A stretch of DNA of 64,000 nt from an uncultured Gammaproteobacteria bacterium (GCA_964541395.1 CAZIPM010000006.1:7169-71168); one strand, 5' to 3'. Positions 22,728-32,286 are shown, counted from the first letter of the stretch. Numbers and translations are program-made. Notes: generated by a model not told the origin, from the sequence alone.

Positions 22728-24398
22728 TTAAATTTTTGCATGCGATAGACGTAAGTTTTTAACGCTAATTTTAATCGATTCGCGGTCACGACCTATCGAT
22801 CTTAGGATACTTTTTAAGATTTCGGTGGCAGCCTCAAATTCAGGTTGAACAAGTTTATCAACCCTAAGTTGCTTTAATTTGTCCCAGTCTTCATCAAGAT
22901 GTACTCTTGAAATTATTTTTGCATTCGGTGCCTTAGTTTGTATATAAGCTATCATAGATTCCTGTGCAAAACGATCCGGAATTGCTACTACTACGGCTTT
23001 AGCGTCCTTCACGCCTGCTGTATCCAATACCTCATTTTCAGTTGGATCTCCGTATACTACAGGCACTCCTTTAGTTTTCAAAGTTGTTACAATACTTTGG
23101 TCATATTCAATTACAACAAACGGGATATTTTGACTTTCCAAAGCTTTGCCTACCCAGCCACCTACCCTACCAAAACCGCAAATAATAATGTGGTTGGTTA
23201 ATCCTTCGGGAATTCCTTCCGATTGAATACCGGTTGAAAGTATTTTTAGAAATTTAACTTTCCTCCATAGTGGAACAATAGATTTAAACAAAAACGGAGT
23301 TATAATCAGGGTAAGAAGTGAAGTAAATATGGCCACTGATGCTTCGCGGTCTGATAGAATACCTTGAACAGACGCAGCCGTTAATATTATAAATGCAAAT
23401 TCACCAACCTGTGAGAGTCCTAATGAAGCAGTAATGGCTGTCTTCCCTCTAAATCCTACCATTATTGATAATAGTAAAATAACAATTGACTTTATTATCA
23501 GGATTAATGCAGTTAGAACTAATATAATCCCCAAACTACCCACGATTTGTCCAAAACTGACAAAAAATCCTAAGGTTACAAAAAACATAGCTATAAACAA
23601 ATCCCTTAAGGGTCTTGTTTCGGCAAATACAGCATGGTTTTCCTGACTTTCAGATATAACAAACCCTGCCAAAAATGCACCCAATGTTGCTGATATTCCC
23701 ATTAATGAAACCACAAATGCTGTGCCCAAAGCCAGACAAACAGAAGTCAAAAGTAAAAGCTCTCTACTATTAGCCTGGGCCACTTTATGGATGACAAATG
23801 GAACTACGTGTTTACCCAAAATTAGCGATACAGCCACCAATGAAACTGATTTTATTAAGGTTAAAAATATTGGAAGCCAAATTCCGGATGATGGATTTTG
23901 AATAAACGGCAATGTCACCATAATAGGAACAACTGCCAAATCCTGTACCAACAACCAGCCTAGCATGAGTTTTCCGTGTATAGAATCCAATTCAGCCCGG
24001 TCAAATAGAATCTTTATCACAACAGCAGTTGATGAGAGGGAAAATGCCAAAGACATAATAATTGATGGGCCGATGGCAAAACCCAAAAAATGAACAATTG
24101 TAAACAAAACTATCGAACTGATAATCATTTGCAAAACAGAAGCTATCAATATTTTTTTAAAAATTCCGCTAAACCTGTTAAGAGAAAATTCTAGACCAAT
24201 AGAAAAAAGTAATAATATGGCTCCAAGTTCCGCTAAACTAGTTATTCCAAGTTCTTTTAAAGGAAAAATATTTCCCGCAATTACCCCTGCAACGATATAA
24301 CCGATTACCGGTTGTTGTTTTAACAGCTTGGCAAAGTAACCCCCCACCAAGGCAGAAATTAAAACCAACAACAGTCCCAGCGTGAAAGAGTTATTCAT
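22728..24398 (-). CDS. CPA2 family cation:proton antiporter with C-terminal RCK/TrkA-N domain (KefB/KefC-like)
   Basis: 556 aa. About 12 TM segments, then a Rossmann GFGRVGG motif in the RCK domain. Confidence 0.85.
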   Translation of the reverse strand: MNNSFTLGLLLVLISALVGGYFAKLLKQQPVIGYIVAGVIAGNIFPLKELGITSLAELGAILLLFSIGLEFSLNRFSGIFKKILIASVLQMIISSIVLFTIVHFLGFAIGPSIIMSLAFSLSSTAVVIKILFDRAELDSIHGKLMLGWLLVQDLAVVPIMVTLPFIQNPSSGIWLPIFLTLIKSVSLVAVSLILGKHVVPFVIHKVAQANSRELLLLTSVCLALGTAFVVSLMGISATLGAFLAGFVISESQENHAVFAETRPLRDLFIAMFFVTLGFFVSFGQIVGSLGIILVLTALILIIKSIVILLLSIMVGFRGKTAITASLGLSQVGEFAFIILTAASVQGILSDREASVAIFTSLLTLIITPFLFKSIVPLWRKVKFLKILSTGIQSEGIPEGLTNHIIICGFGRVGGWVGKALESQNIPFVVIEYDQSIVTTLKTKGVPVVYGDPTENEVLDTAGVKDAKAVVVAIPDRFAQESMIAYIQTKAPNAKIISRVHLDEDWDKLKQLRVDKLVQPEFEAATEILKSILRSIGRDRESIKISVKNLRLSHAKI

Positions 24399-24411
24399 CT
24401 AATAAATAATA

Positions 24412-25125
24412 TTAGGCTACTTGACTTAATTTATCCAGTGTTTCACGGAGTTCTTCCGGTATATCTGTTTTAAAGTCTACTTTTACCTTGGTTTGAGGAT
24501 GTAAAAAGCTGATACTTCCTGCATGAAGAAACAACCTGGGACACCACACCCTGTCATTTCTGGCGGTCTTTCTCCCAGCATAAAAACTGTCCCCCACAAT
24601 CGGATGACCGATGTGTTTTAAATGAATTCTTATTTGGTGAGTTCTACCTGTTTTGGGAGATAGTTCAACTAGGGTAAATTCTGATTCCTCTTTTTTTAGT
24701 CTCTTAATAACTTTATACAAAGTTACCGCTTCTCTTCCCCCAGGCATTACACCAAATCTGTCCCTTCTCCAAGGAAGACGGCTTACAGGACTGTCTATCA
24801 TACCCCCATTTAACAGAATTTTACCATGAACCAGAGCTATGTATGTTTTTTGCACCAACCTCTCTTTAAATTGTCTTTGGAGCTCCTCAAATGCCATTTT
24901 AGTTCTGGCAACCAATAGAATTCCTGACGTTTCTTTGTCCAATCTGTGAACTATTCCATCCCTGCATTCAACATTATTGGTTAGTTCAGATTGGTGATTT
25001 TTTCTGACCCAGTCCTGTACCACAGGTTGGGATGAGGTAGTACTGGCTGAATTGGTGATCCATCCAGATGGCTTATCTAAAACCAATATATCATCATCTT
25101 CAAATACAATTTTTGGATACTGCAT
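24412..25125 (-). CDS. rluD: RluA-family 23S rRNA pseudouridine synthase
   Basis: 237 aa. Catalytic motif HRLDKETSGILLVA and the RluA core are present. Confidence 0.85.
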   Translation of the reverse strand: MQYPKIVFEDDDILVLDKPSGWITNSASTTSSQPVVQDWVRKNHQSELTNNVECRDGIVHRLDKETSGILLVARTKMAFEELQRQFKERLVQKTYIALVHGKILLNGGMIDSPVSRLPWRRDRFGVMPGGREAVTLYKVIKRLKKEESEFTLVELSPKTGRTHQIRIHLKHIGHPIVGDSFYAGRKTARNDRVWCPRLFLHAGSISFLHPQTKVKVDFKTDIPEELRETLDKLSQVA

Positions 25126-25289
25126 GAAGCAATTGTACTACAATTATGCTTGTTTTCTCTCGAGTTTTTTGATTTCTCTCTGCCTTTCCCTTAATTGACT
25201 CAGACTCACAACCGATCCTACTGGACACGATGTACCACCTTTTGCACAAAGACCCTCACCAAAATAACAGCAACCTCGTAACGGCGTAG

Positions 25290-25589
25290 CTATTTTTCAT
25301 CAATAACTTGAAAATCATCGTCCAGAGTTTGATAGGACAAGCTAACGCCCACTTTCTCCCCTCTATTGACAGGGCTATATTCAATATAAGCAGAGCCCTG
25401 ACAAGAAAGATCTGTGCCTATTAAATCTCTATCTCCATAACCAGGAACTACATAAACTTCGATTTTCATAACTGGTATTTTAATACTATGAGATCTCGAA
25501 GTCAAATTAATTGCTCTCAGTTCGCTTTGAATATAAATGTCATCCTCCCCATCTTTCAGATCATGTATCTGTCTGAACGTAGATGACAC
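25290..25589 (-). CDS. hypothetical protein (possibly the 5' part of a frameshifted gene)
   Basis: 99-aa ORF. A start-less Cys-rich reading frame (CCYFGEGLCAKGGTSCPVG) continues immediately downstream in another frame. Confidence 0.3.
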   Translation of the reverse strand: MSSTFRQIHDLKDGEDDIYIQSELRAINLTSRSHSIKIPVMKIEVYVVPGYGDRDLIGTDLSCQGSAYIEYSPVNRGEKVGVSLSYQTLDDDFQVIDEK

Positions 25590-25865
25590 ACGGGTGAGTA
25601 ACCGATGCTTTGGATTGTCAATTCATCCGCGGGTTCAGGCACCCATGGTTTTTTTGAATGCTGTTATAATATGTCGACAAAAAACCCTCTCTGGTCTTTT
25701 CAACAAGTTTCTTTAAATTCAAACCTTTGTATTTTTTGTCTATTTTTATCGATTGCGCAAGCTCTTCAACTAGTTTTTTCATTTCTGTTTTATTCATGAT
25801 TTAATTATAGCAATAACTAAATACAAATTGAGTGAAAATTAAGAATTGGAAAATAAAACTAATTT

Positions 25866-26285
25866 TTATTTCTCTCTCTTTTTTGCACAGGAAGCACAAA
25901 GCGAAGCTTCCGGGATAGCGGCTAATCTGTCCGTATCAATCATGTTGCCACAATCTTCACATATGCCGTACTTACCGCTTTTTATTCTTTCGAGAGCTTT
26001 CTTAATATGTTTTGATTTTAAATTCAATTCTTCTTTAATTGCAGAAACCCTGGCATGGCCGAATTGTTCCTCTGCGTCTGCATCGGGACTGGCATTATCC
26101 ATCACTCTGGATTGGACTTTAAACGGATCCTCCGATGATATTTTTTTTCTGTTTATATGAAGAGAGACAAGTCTTTGATTTAAGAATTCATAAACGGGTT
26201 GCAGGACTGATCTGGGAAATTTAATGGTGTTATTCACCGACTTTGTTTTTTTAATATTATTCCTAACTGTCTTTTTCTTGTTCAT
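25866..26285 (-). CDS. DksA/TraR-family C4 zinc-finger protein
   Basis: 139 aa. C-terminal CxxC..CxxC (CEDCGNMID...CASCAKK) with a coiled-coil N-terminal part. Confidence 0.75.
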   Translation of the reverse strand: MNKKKTVRNNIKKTKSVNNTIKFPRSVLQPVYEFLNQRLVSLHINRKKISSEDPFKVQSRVMDNASPDADAEEQFGHARVSAIKEELNLKSKHIKKALERIKSGKYGICEDCGNMIDTDRLAAIPEASLCASCAKKREK

Positions 26286-26869
26286 TGTTTAGATAATTTA
26301 TATAACAAAGCCAGTAATGTCAATGTTGTTATCCCTGAAACTAAACTCTCCCCTCTCGGTAGAAATGATATCACCGAAATGTTAAACAGTGCAATAACCG
26401 TTCTTATCAAAAAAAAAGACAGTCCGATCACCAAACCTGAGAAACCCACTTTGCCGGATTTATACCAACCGAAGCGTCTGTAATGTCCTTCCAAAAAATG
26501 GAACAAAAAAAATAAACACAATGTAATCCAAAATACTACAAAAGAGAACGCGTTATAGTTTTCAACAGAATAGGAAAATAAATACAATCCCAACCATGCA
26601 AGTAGTCCAATTATAAGAGCCTCCAAAGATTCAAAAAAACTCATTTTTAATCTTTTCAAGCCAATGTAAAATCCTACTAAACCAAAGGCTATGGTAATCC
26701 AAAACCATGCTTCTGCTAAATAACTTCTTGATACCGATATTCCGATGATAATTCCTACTAATACATGAACACCTAAAGTAAAAATTTTTTCGAAATGGTA
26801 GTCTTCTTTGAGCCTCTTCCATAAGAAATAAAACAAAAGTAGAACACCAACAACATTTGCAATGATCAT
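26282..26869 (-). CDS. integral membrane protein of unknown function
   Basis: 195 aa with 5-6 TM segments; overlaps the DksA-like gene by 4 bp. Confidence 0.45.
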   Translation of the reverse strand: MIIANVVGVLLLFYFLWKRLKEDYHFEKIFTLGVHVLVGIIIGISVSRSYLAEAWFWITIAFGLVGFYIGLKRLKMSFFESLEALIIGLLAWLGLYLFSYSVENYNAFSFVVFWITLCLFFLFHFLEGHYRRFGWYKSGKVGFSGLVIGLSFFLIRTVIALFNISVISFLPRGESLVSGITTLTLLALLYKLSKQ

Positions 26870-26892
26870 GTAGTATATATTAACATAACTTT

Positions 26893-27357
26893 ATGCTTGA
26901 AACGCCACACGTTGCCCTGGGAGCGGCAATTGCCATAAAAATACCCAATCCTTTTATTGCTATTCCTCTAGCTTTTGCAAGTCATTTTTTACTAGAGAGA
27001 GTTCCACATTGGAATCCTCATCTAAATACAGAAACAAAAAAATACGGAAGGCCAACAAAACAAACAACATTAATTGTAATCATTGATGCTTCAGTATCGC
27101 TTCTTCTTGGAAGCTATTTTGCCTCACAAGCTTTACCCAACACAATGCAAACTGCAAATGTTTTGCTTTGCAGTTTTGCATCAGTACTTCCGGATCTGTT
27201 GGAAGCACCATATTTTTTCTTTGGAGTTAGACATAAATTTTTTGAAACCTGGATAAAATGGCAAAAAGCAATTCAGGTTGATACAACTCCTTTTTGGGGA
27301 ATAATCACTCAAATTGTAACATTAGCTGCAACTCTTTTTTGGATATTTAGGGGTTGA
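26893..27357 (+). CDS. integral membrane protein of unknown function
   Basis: 154 aa with 4 hydrophobic segments. Confidence 0.4.
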   Translation: MLETPHVALGAAIAIKIPNPFIAIPLAFASHFLLERVPHWNPHLNTETKKYGRPTKQTTLIVIIDASVSLLLGSYFASQALPNTMQTANVLLCSFASVLPDLLEAPYFFFGVRHKFFETWIKWQKAIQVDTTPFWGIITQIVTLAATLFWIFRG

Positions 27358-27565
27358 GAGTTAATGATTCTAATTCTTGAAGTGCGAGATCGAGTTCACT
27401 AGATACTTGTTTAATTTTAGAATAATCTGTACATGTTAACGCTTCCGGATTGAAACCAGTTACACGAAAAAATATTCCCGAATTGCGGTCGTAAATGACC
27501 GATCCTCCACTTAATGAAACTACCCTAGCATCAGGTCGGAATTGGTGTATTATTTCATCAGACAT
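27347..27565 (-). CDS. hypothetical protein
   Basis: 72-aa ORF. Confidence 0.25.
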   Translation of the reverse strand: MSDEIIHQFRPDARVVSLSGGSVIYDRNSGIFFRVTGFNPEALTCTDYSKIKQVSSELDLALQELESLTLNP

Positions 27566-27698
27566 ATTTATTTAGTTATTTTAAAATTATATTTTATTAG
27601 AAATGTTTTTCTTGAGTTTTACTTGAAAAAATAATTTTTGACTTTTTATATAATCTAGATAGATTTACAATAATTATATTCACTTAATCGTGCCGAGA

Positions 27699-27902
27699 TT
27701 ATCTTCTTTCGACCGCGTTTCTGATTTGACCTACTACTTTTTCATCTGCTACTAGATATTCACCAAGTCTTTCTGGATATGTTTTCCCGACAATACGAGC
27801 TTCGCCGCTAACTACCGAAAAAGGTATATCTAAAGCAATAGGACGGTTGAGCAGATCATTAAGATCTTTTGTATTTGTATTAGATGAATTATTTGTTGCC
27901 AC
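27699..27902 (-). CDS. hypothetical protein
   Basis: 67-aa ORF in an AT-rich intergenic stretch. Confidence 0.25.
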   Translation of the reverse strand: MATNNSSNTNTKDLNDLLNRPIALDIPFSVVSGEARIVGKTYPERLGEYLVADEKVVGQIRNAVERR

Positions 27903-27979
27903 GCATATTATTATATAAAGTTAAAAAAAAATAACTTGACTGAATTTTGACAAATAACTATATAAAGCAAATTTTTTAA

Positions 27980-28549
27980 TTATTCTTTTGCGCGTTCTAC
28001 ATACTCTCCCGATCTGGTATCTATCCTGATTTTCTCACCAGTTTTGATAAACAAAGGAACTTTAACAGTCAAGCCATTTTCCATTTTGGCTGATTTTAAA
28101 AAGTTACTGGCCGAATTTCCTTTAATGCCTGGATCTGACTCAATAACTTTTAAGGTGACTTTAGGGGGCAGGTCAACAGACATGGCTCTGTCATCCCAGA
28201 AAAGAATATCTACATCTTCTCCTTCTTTAACGTAATAAATATCGCTTCCCAATATTTTAAGGGGTACTTCAACCTGTTCAAAACTGGCTGGATTCATAAA
28301 AAAGGCCATGTTACTGTCTTTATAAAGATACTGCAGTTTTCTTTTAGAAAGATCAACTTGTTCAAAAGTCAAATTACTTGAAAATGCATGCTCAATGTTG
28401 GCACCATTCTCCAAATTTATACAATTAACCCTGACTGTAGCTCCTCCCCTACCCATTTTAATTAGGTTGTATTTGACCACCTTAAGTGGTTTTCCTTCAT
28501 ATAAAAAGGCTGTTCCTGATCTTAAGTTGGTTGCATTTATGTTTGACAT
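27980..28549 (-). CDS. efp: translation elongation factor P
   Basis: 189 aa. The KPGKG-equivalent loop (IKMGRGGATVRV) and three OB-like domains are present. Confidence 0.9.
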   Translation of the reverse strand: MSNINATNLRSGTAFLYEGKPLKVVKYNLIKMGRGGATVRVNCINLENGANIEHAFSSNLTFEQVDLSKRKLQYLYKDSNMAFFMNPASFEQVEVPLKILGSDIYYVKEGEDVDILFWDDRAMSVDLPPKVTLKVIESDPGIKGNSASNFLKSAKMENGLTVKVPLFIKTGEKIRIDTRSGEYVERAKE

Positions 28550-28617
28550 GACAGGGGTATTTTAACTCACCATATGTTAAAATACCAGGTAGATTCGGCT
28601 AAGAGGTAGTAGAATAT

Positions 28618-28703
28618 GCTCGGGTGGCGGAACGGCAGACGCGTAGGTCTCAAAAACCTATGAGGTTAACACCTCGTGAAGGTTCGATTCCTTTCCCGAG
28701 CAC
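28618..28703 (+). tRNA. tRNA-Leu (anticodon CAA), type II with long variable arm
   Basis: Acceptor stem gctcggg/cccgagc, anticodon loop ctCAAaa flanked by the taggt/accta stem, variable-arm hairpin gaggt-taac-acctc, T-loop GGTTCGATTCC, discriminator A. No encoded CCA. Confidence 0.85.
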
Positions 28704-28727
28704 ACAATTAACGAAATTTAGAAAAAT

Positions 28728-28955
28728 ATGCGGGAAGAAAGAACCAGTAATAGAGTTACATTAATAATTGAATCTCAAACTGAAGCATTATTAGTTGAAG
28801 ATACCAAATTGACTCGTTTAAGACAATTACACAATGTTCCACCTACGGCTCAACTAGCCATTGATTATGGCAAATACCGTAGGGAACATGTAATTAACGT
28901 TTTTACACCTCTTGCGGGTGGAGGTTATGTTGTATTTGACGAAGTAATAAAATAA
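28728..28955 (+). CDS. hypothetical protein
   Basis: 75-aa ORF immediately downstream of the tRNA. Confidence 0.3.
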   Translation: MREERTSNRVTLIIESQTEALLVEDTKLTRLRQLHNVPPTAQLAIDYGKYRREHVINVFTPLAGGGYVVFDEVIK

Positions 28956-29110
28956 ATTTAAACAATTTATGTATGATTGGCGGTGTTATATTTTGACTAT
29001 AAAAAGTGTTGAGCAAGCAATTGCAAATGGAGTAGCTCGGGCAACGAAAAATGCTACAAAAACTGAATTTGAAAATATAAAAAAAGAGGTAAATGCGTCA
29101 ATTAAAAGAT

Positions 29111-30430
29111 TTAATGCTTTGTATCTCTACTGTAGAACCTGATTCTGTCTCCTTTGAAAAATAATGGTACTGATGCTAAAGGTCCATTTCTGTGTTTAGC
29201 AATATCAAGCATAATATTTTCGTTTTTTTCCTCATCTTCACGCCACAAAAACATAACGACATCTGCATCCTGTTCAATACTTCCACTTTCTCTAAGGTCT
29301 GAAAGTTGTGGCTTTTTTACTCCCCTGGATTCAATACCTCTTGATAATTGAGAAAGTGCAAGGACTGGAACTTTTAGCTCACGGGCTAGATTCTTTAAAC
29401 CTTGAGATATCTCACCTACTTCCTGAACTCTATTTTCCAAGTTTCTTGACTTGGCTAATTGTAAATAATCTACTATTATCAAATCCAAACCTGAATCAAC
29501 CTGAAGCCTTCTTGCTTTAGTTCTCATTTCAAGTAATGAAAGTGCGGGAGTATCATCTATAAAAAGTGGGGCTTCTGCCAGCTCCCCCATAGCATTACTG
29601 AGTTTGGTAAAATCTTCATCTGTAAGCTTTCCGGTTTTCAACCTCCAGGCATCAATATCTGCTTGAGCTACTAGTAATCTATCAACCAATTCTTCCTTGC
29701 TCATTTCAAGGGAGAAGATACCCACCGGTCGTTTTTTGGCTACGGCTACATGTTGAGCTATTCCAAGCGCAAAAGCCGATTTACCAATTCCAGGCCTGGC
29801 AGCGAGAATTAAAAGGTTACTTTTTTGCATCCCTGCCAGTGCATTATCAAGATCGGGAAATCCGGTTGATACTCCCCTCAAACCTTCTCCTTGTTTGTGT
29901 AGCTCATCCAGTCTGTCAAAACTTTCAGCCAGAGTGTCACGGACAGAGGTAAATGCTTTGGATAAGTTTTTTTGAGAGATTGCGAAAACTTCCGATTCTG
30001 CCCTATCCAAAAGATCAGCAGAGGACATTCCTTCGTCCATTGAATAATCAACAAGTTTGGTGGCAGCATTCATCAGTGCCCTTTTAATTGCGGTGTCACG
30101 CACTATCCTCCCGTAATGTTCGACATGTGCAGCTGTCGGAACTTTATTTGTTAATTGAGTCAGGTAAGTTGCCCCACCGACGTTTTTGAGAACTTTTTTC
30201 TTTTTCAGTCTTTCGGTAACCGTTAAAACGTCTACAGGTACCCGTTCCTCAAATAAAGAAATTATTGACTCATAGATTGATTTATGTCGTTCATCGTAGA
30301 AGTCTTCGGGTTTTAATATTTCCGCAACAGCAATAACTGCGTCTTTATCCAACAATAGAGCTCCCAAAACACTTTCTTCAGCTTCGGTTGAATGTGGTGC
30401 AATTCTTATTTGGTTAGTATTAACGGCCAT
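29111..30430 (-). CDS. dnaB: replicative DNA helicase DnaB
   Basis: 439 aa. N-terminal DnaB domain, Walker A GIGKSAF, and the H3/H4 motifs (LIIVDYLQL, SQLSRGIESR). Confidence 0.95.
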   Translation of the reverse strand: MAVNTNQIRIAPHSTEAEESVLGALLLDKDAVIAVAEILKPEDFYDERHKSIYESIISLFEERVPVDVLTVTERLKKKKVLKNVGGATYLTQLTNKVPTAAHVEHYGRIVRDTAIKRALMNAATKLVDYSMDEGMSSADLLDRAESEVFAISQKNLSKAFTSVRDTLAESFDRLDELHKQGEGLRGVSTGFPDLDNALAGMQKSNLLILAARPGIGKSAFALGIAQHVAVAKKRPVGIFSLEMSKEELVDRLLVAQADIDAWRLKTGKLTDEDFTKLSNAMGELAEAPLFIDDTPALSLLEMRTKARRLQVDSGLDLIIVDYLQLAKSRNLENRVQEVGEISQGLKNLARELKVPVLALSQLSRGIESRGVKKPQLSDLRESGSIEQDADVVMFLWREDEEKNENIMLDIAKHRNGPLASVPLFFKGDRIRFYSRDTKH

Positions 30431-30466
30431 GAAAATATATTTACTAAAAAATTAATGAGGCAGAAC

Positions 30467-31006
30467 TTAGTTACTATCAAGAACAATTATTTCACTTGTT
30501 TGATCCTCTATCATTTCCTCTTTTTTCAAAAGTAACTTTGGTAACCTTTGAACATTAAAGCCGCTGTCTTTAAGAAACTTATCCAGTTCTACTTCAGAAT
30601 CATAACCGTAAGGCAAAATATAATAGCCTTCAATTTGCTGCATAATTTCAATTGATCTGGAACTAATCGGAAGAAGTAAAACAGCAATATCTCCTACTTG
30701 AGTTAATTTTCCTTCTGATAATACATCTTTCACTATTCCAAAATGGCAAATTCTAATTCCGTCAACCTCATACACAAACACTACCCCTCCATCATTTTTT
30801 ACACCGATGACCGAAATACCGGCAACTTCATACTCACCTGCACCATTTAATTCTTTTGAAGATCCATCTTTAGATGATTCGATTTTAACTCCGTTTTCAA
30901 AGGTGGTTATAGTTCCACTTCTTCCTTTAATCCTAAATTCCTTTTTATCTAATCTTGATATATCCATTTCAGTAGCCATTCTAACTAAATACATAAACCT
31001 TGACAA
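30467..31006 (-). CDS. degenerate MBL-fold (COG2220-like) protein lacking the HxHxDH motif
   Basis: 179 aa. The C-terminal region (DIAVLLLPISS...ILPYGYD) resembles MBL-fold hydrolases. Occupies the position usually held by rplI upstream of dnaB. Confidence 0.35.
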   Translation of the reverse strand: MSRFMYLVRMATEMDISRLDKKEFRIKGRSGTITTFENGVKIESSKDGSSKELNGAGEYEVAGISVIGVKNDGGVVFVYEVDGIRICHFGIVKDVLSEGKLTQVGDIAVLLLPISSRSIEIMQQIEGYYILPYGYDSEVELDKFLKDSGFNVQRLPKLLLKKEEMIEDQTSEIIVLDSN

Positions 31007-31080
31007 GTGGCGTTACCACCTCTATATTTACTTACGCAAAAAAATAATTAAACTTAACCTGTGCCAAAACATTTAATATC

Positions 31081-32016
31081 ATGAGAAAAGAGGTTCTATT
31101 TGCCATAATCGCAGGTATAGGTGCCGGTCTATTCCTGGCTTTTGGTGTTTGGAAACTCACCTCAAAGATTTCAAAGAAAGTTGCCATTTCACCTTCTCCA
31201 ATTGTCCAAAATGAAACTCCAACTCCAAAGCCCGGGTTTACTATAACAATAGCCAGTCCAAAAAATTCTTCTGTAGTAACAGATAGTCTGCTAACAATTA
31301 CTGGTAAATCCGAGCCTTTATCAAAAATGGTTATTTCAACCTCAGTAGACGATTATTTTGTAAAAGTAGACGACAACGGAGATTTCAGTTCTGATATTAC
31401 ACTTCAGCCTGGATTAAACATCACAAACCTGACCGCCTTTAATTCATTAGGAAATGAGATAACAGCGAAACTTGATCTGGTTTTTTCATCAGAATTTGCC
31501 AAATACCTTGATGATTCTAATAAGAATAATTCATCAGCCTTTCTGGGCACTATTACTGATATAAACGAGGGTAATTTACAAATAAAAACTGCAAATGGTG
31601 CGATACAACAATTAACTCTTGCTAGTGATGCATCATTCGTAAAAATAAAACAACCAGCGGGAACTGCAGAAACTATTAAATCAACGGATTTAGCTATAGG
31701 AGATTACATCATTACCCTCGGATTTCTCGCCAATGGCAGTGGTGTTTTGGACACCAAAAGAGTAATAGTCACTTCAGAAAATAACAAAAACGAAAGTGTG
31801 GCTATACCGGGAAAAGTTACAGAAATCACTAAAAAACTTTTAAGTATGACAAAAAATAATAATGAAGCTATGGAGATAACTTTACCTAAAAGTTGGGAGG
31901 GTCCTAATGTTTCCGAACTGGAGACAGACGAACAGATTATGGTTGTTGGTACTCAAAATGATAAGGGGTTTAACTTAAGAACAATATTTATAACCTCAAG
32001 TTTGACAGAACAATAG
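31081..32016 (+). CDS. secreted or membrane-anchored hypothetical protein
   Basis: 311 aa. N-terminal TM/signal anchor (VLFAIIAGIGAGLFLAFGVW); Ser/Thr-rich mature part. Confidence 0.45.
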   Translation: MRKEVLFAIIAGIGAGLFLAFGVWKLTSKISKKVAISPSPIVQNETPTPKPGFTITIASPKNSSVVTDSLLTITGKSEPLSKMVISTSVDDYFVKVDDNGDFSSDITLQPGLNITNLTAFNSLGNEITAKLDLVFSSEFAKYLDDSNKNNSSAFLGTITDINEGNLQIKTANGAIQQLTLASDASFVKIKQPAGTAETIKSTDLAIGDYIITLGFLANGSGVLDTKRVIVTSENNKNESVAIPGKVTEITKKLLSMTKNNNEAMEITLPKSWEGPNVSELETDEQIMVVGTQNDKGFNLRTIFITSSLTEQ

Positions 32017-32030
32017 TTCTTGGTATAATA
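32003..32030 (+). promoter_or_regulatory. consensus sigma70 promoter (TTGACA-16-TGgTATAAT, extended -10)
   Basis: TTGACA at 32003-32008, 16-nt spacer, TG at 32022-32023, TATAAT at 32025-32030. Drives the leader RNA upstream of the HisRS-like gene. Confidence 0.6.
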
Positions 32031-32036
32031 CAACCT

Positions 32037-32220
32037 ACATTTAAATAAAACCGTTTTAGTGGAGTCACGATCCACGAGGAGCTGGTCAAAATACCGGACG
32101 CAAGGATGAGCGTAAAAATAATCCAACCATTGTCACCGCAAAAGTAGAGATGGACAAAGAGCTTTGAGAAGTAGTGTCTCAAAGAATTAAGGATGGGACC
32201 GTGGGAGGTCTCTTTTTTTT
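32037..32220 (+). promoter_or_regulatory. T-box-like leader RNA (about 180 nt) with intrinsic terminator, upstream of the HisRS-like gene
   Basis: AATTAAGGATGGGACCGTGG at 32185-32204 matches the T-box consensus AATTAGGGTGGNACCGCG at 15 of 18 positions with one inserted base. An 8-bp stem-loop (ctttgaga/tctcaaag) lies just 5' of it. The 3' half of the T-box match overlaps a terminator hairpin followed by T8. Confidence 0.35.
32195..32220 (+). terminator. intrinsic terminator (gggacc-gtggga-ggtctc + T8)
   Basis: 6-bp stem with one mismatch, then 8 consecutive T. Confidence 0.55.
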
Positions 32221-32228
32221 GATTAAAA

Positions 32229-32286
32229 AAGAACCCTCGTTCCTTGCTAAGGATTAAATTTCTTGGCGATGTGAACGAGGGTTCTT
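32229..32286 (+). promoter_or_regulatory. long perfect hairpin (14-bp arms aagaaccctcgttc / gaacgagggttctt, 30-nt loop) in the HisRS-like leader
   Basis: Perfect 14-bp inverted repeat. On the minus strand it is followed by TTTTTT, so it is terminator-like in that orientation. GTGAACGAGG recurs at 32271 and 32309. Confidence 0.5.

Noticed and set aside
32037-32220. Leader transcript as a 6S RNA or SRP (4.5S) RNA
   Set aside because: Considered because of its ~180-nt size with its own promoter and terminator. The 5' and 3' ends are not complementary as 6S requires, and no convincing SRP domain IV motif (GGAA tetraloop context) is present. The T-box-like match is the better explanation.
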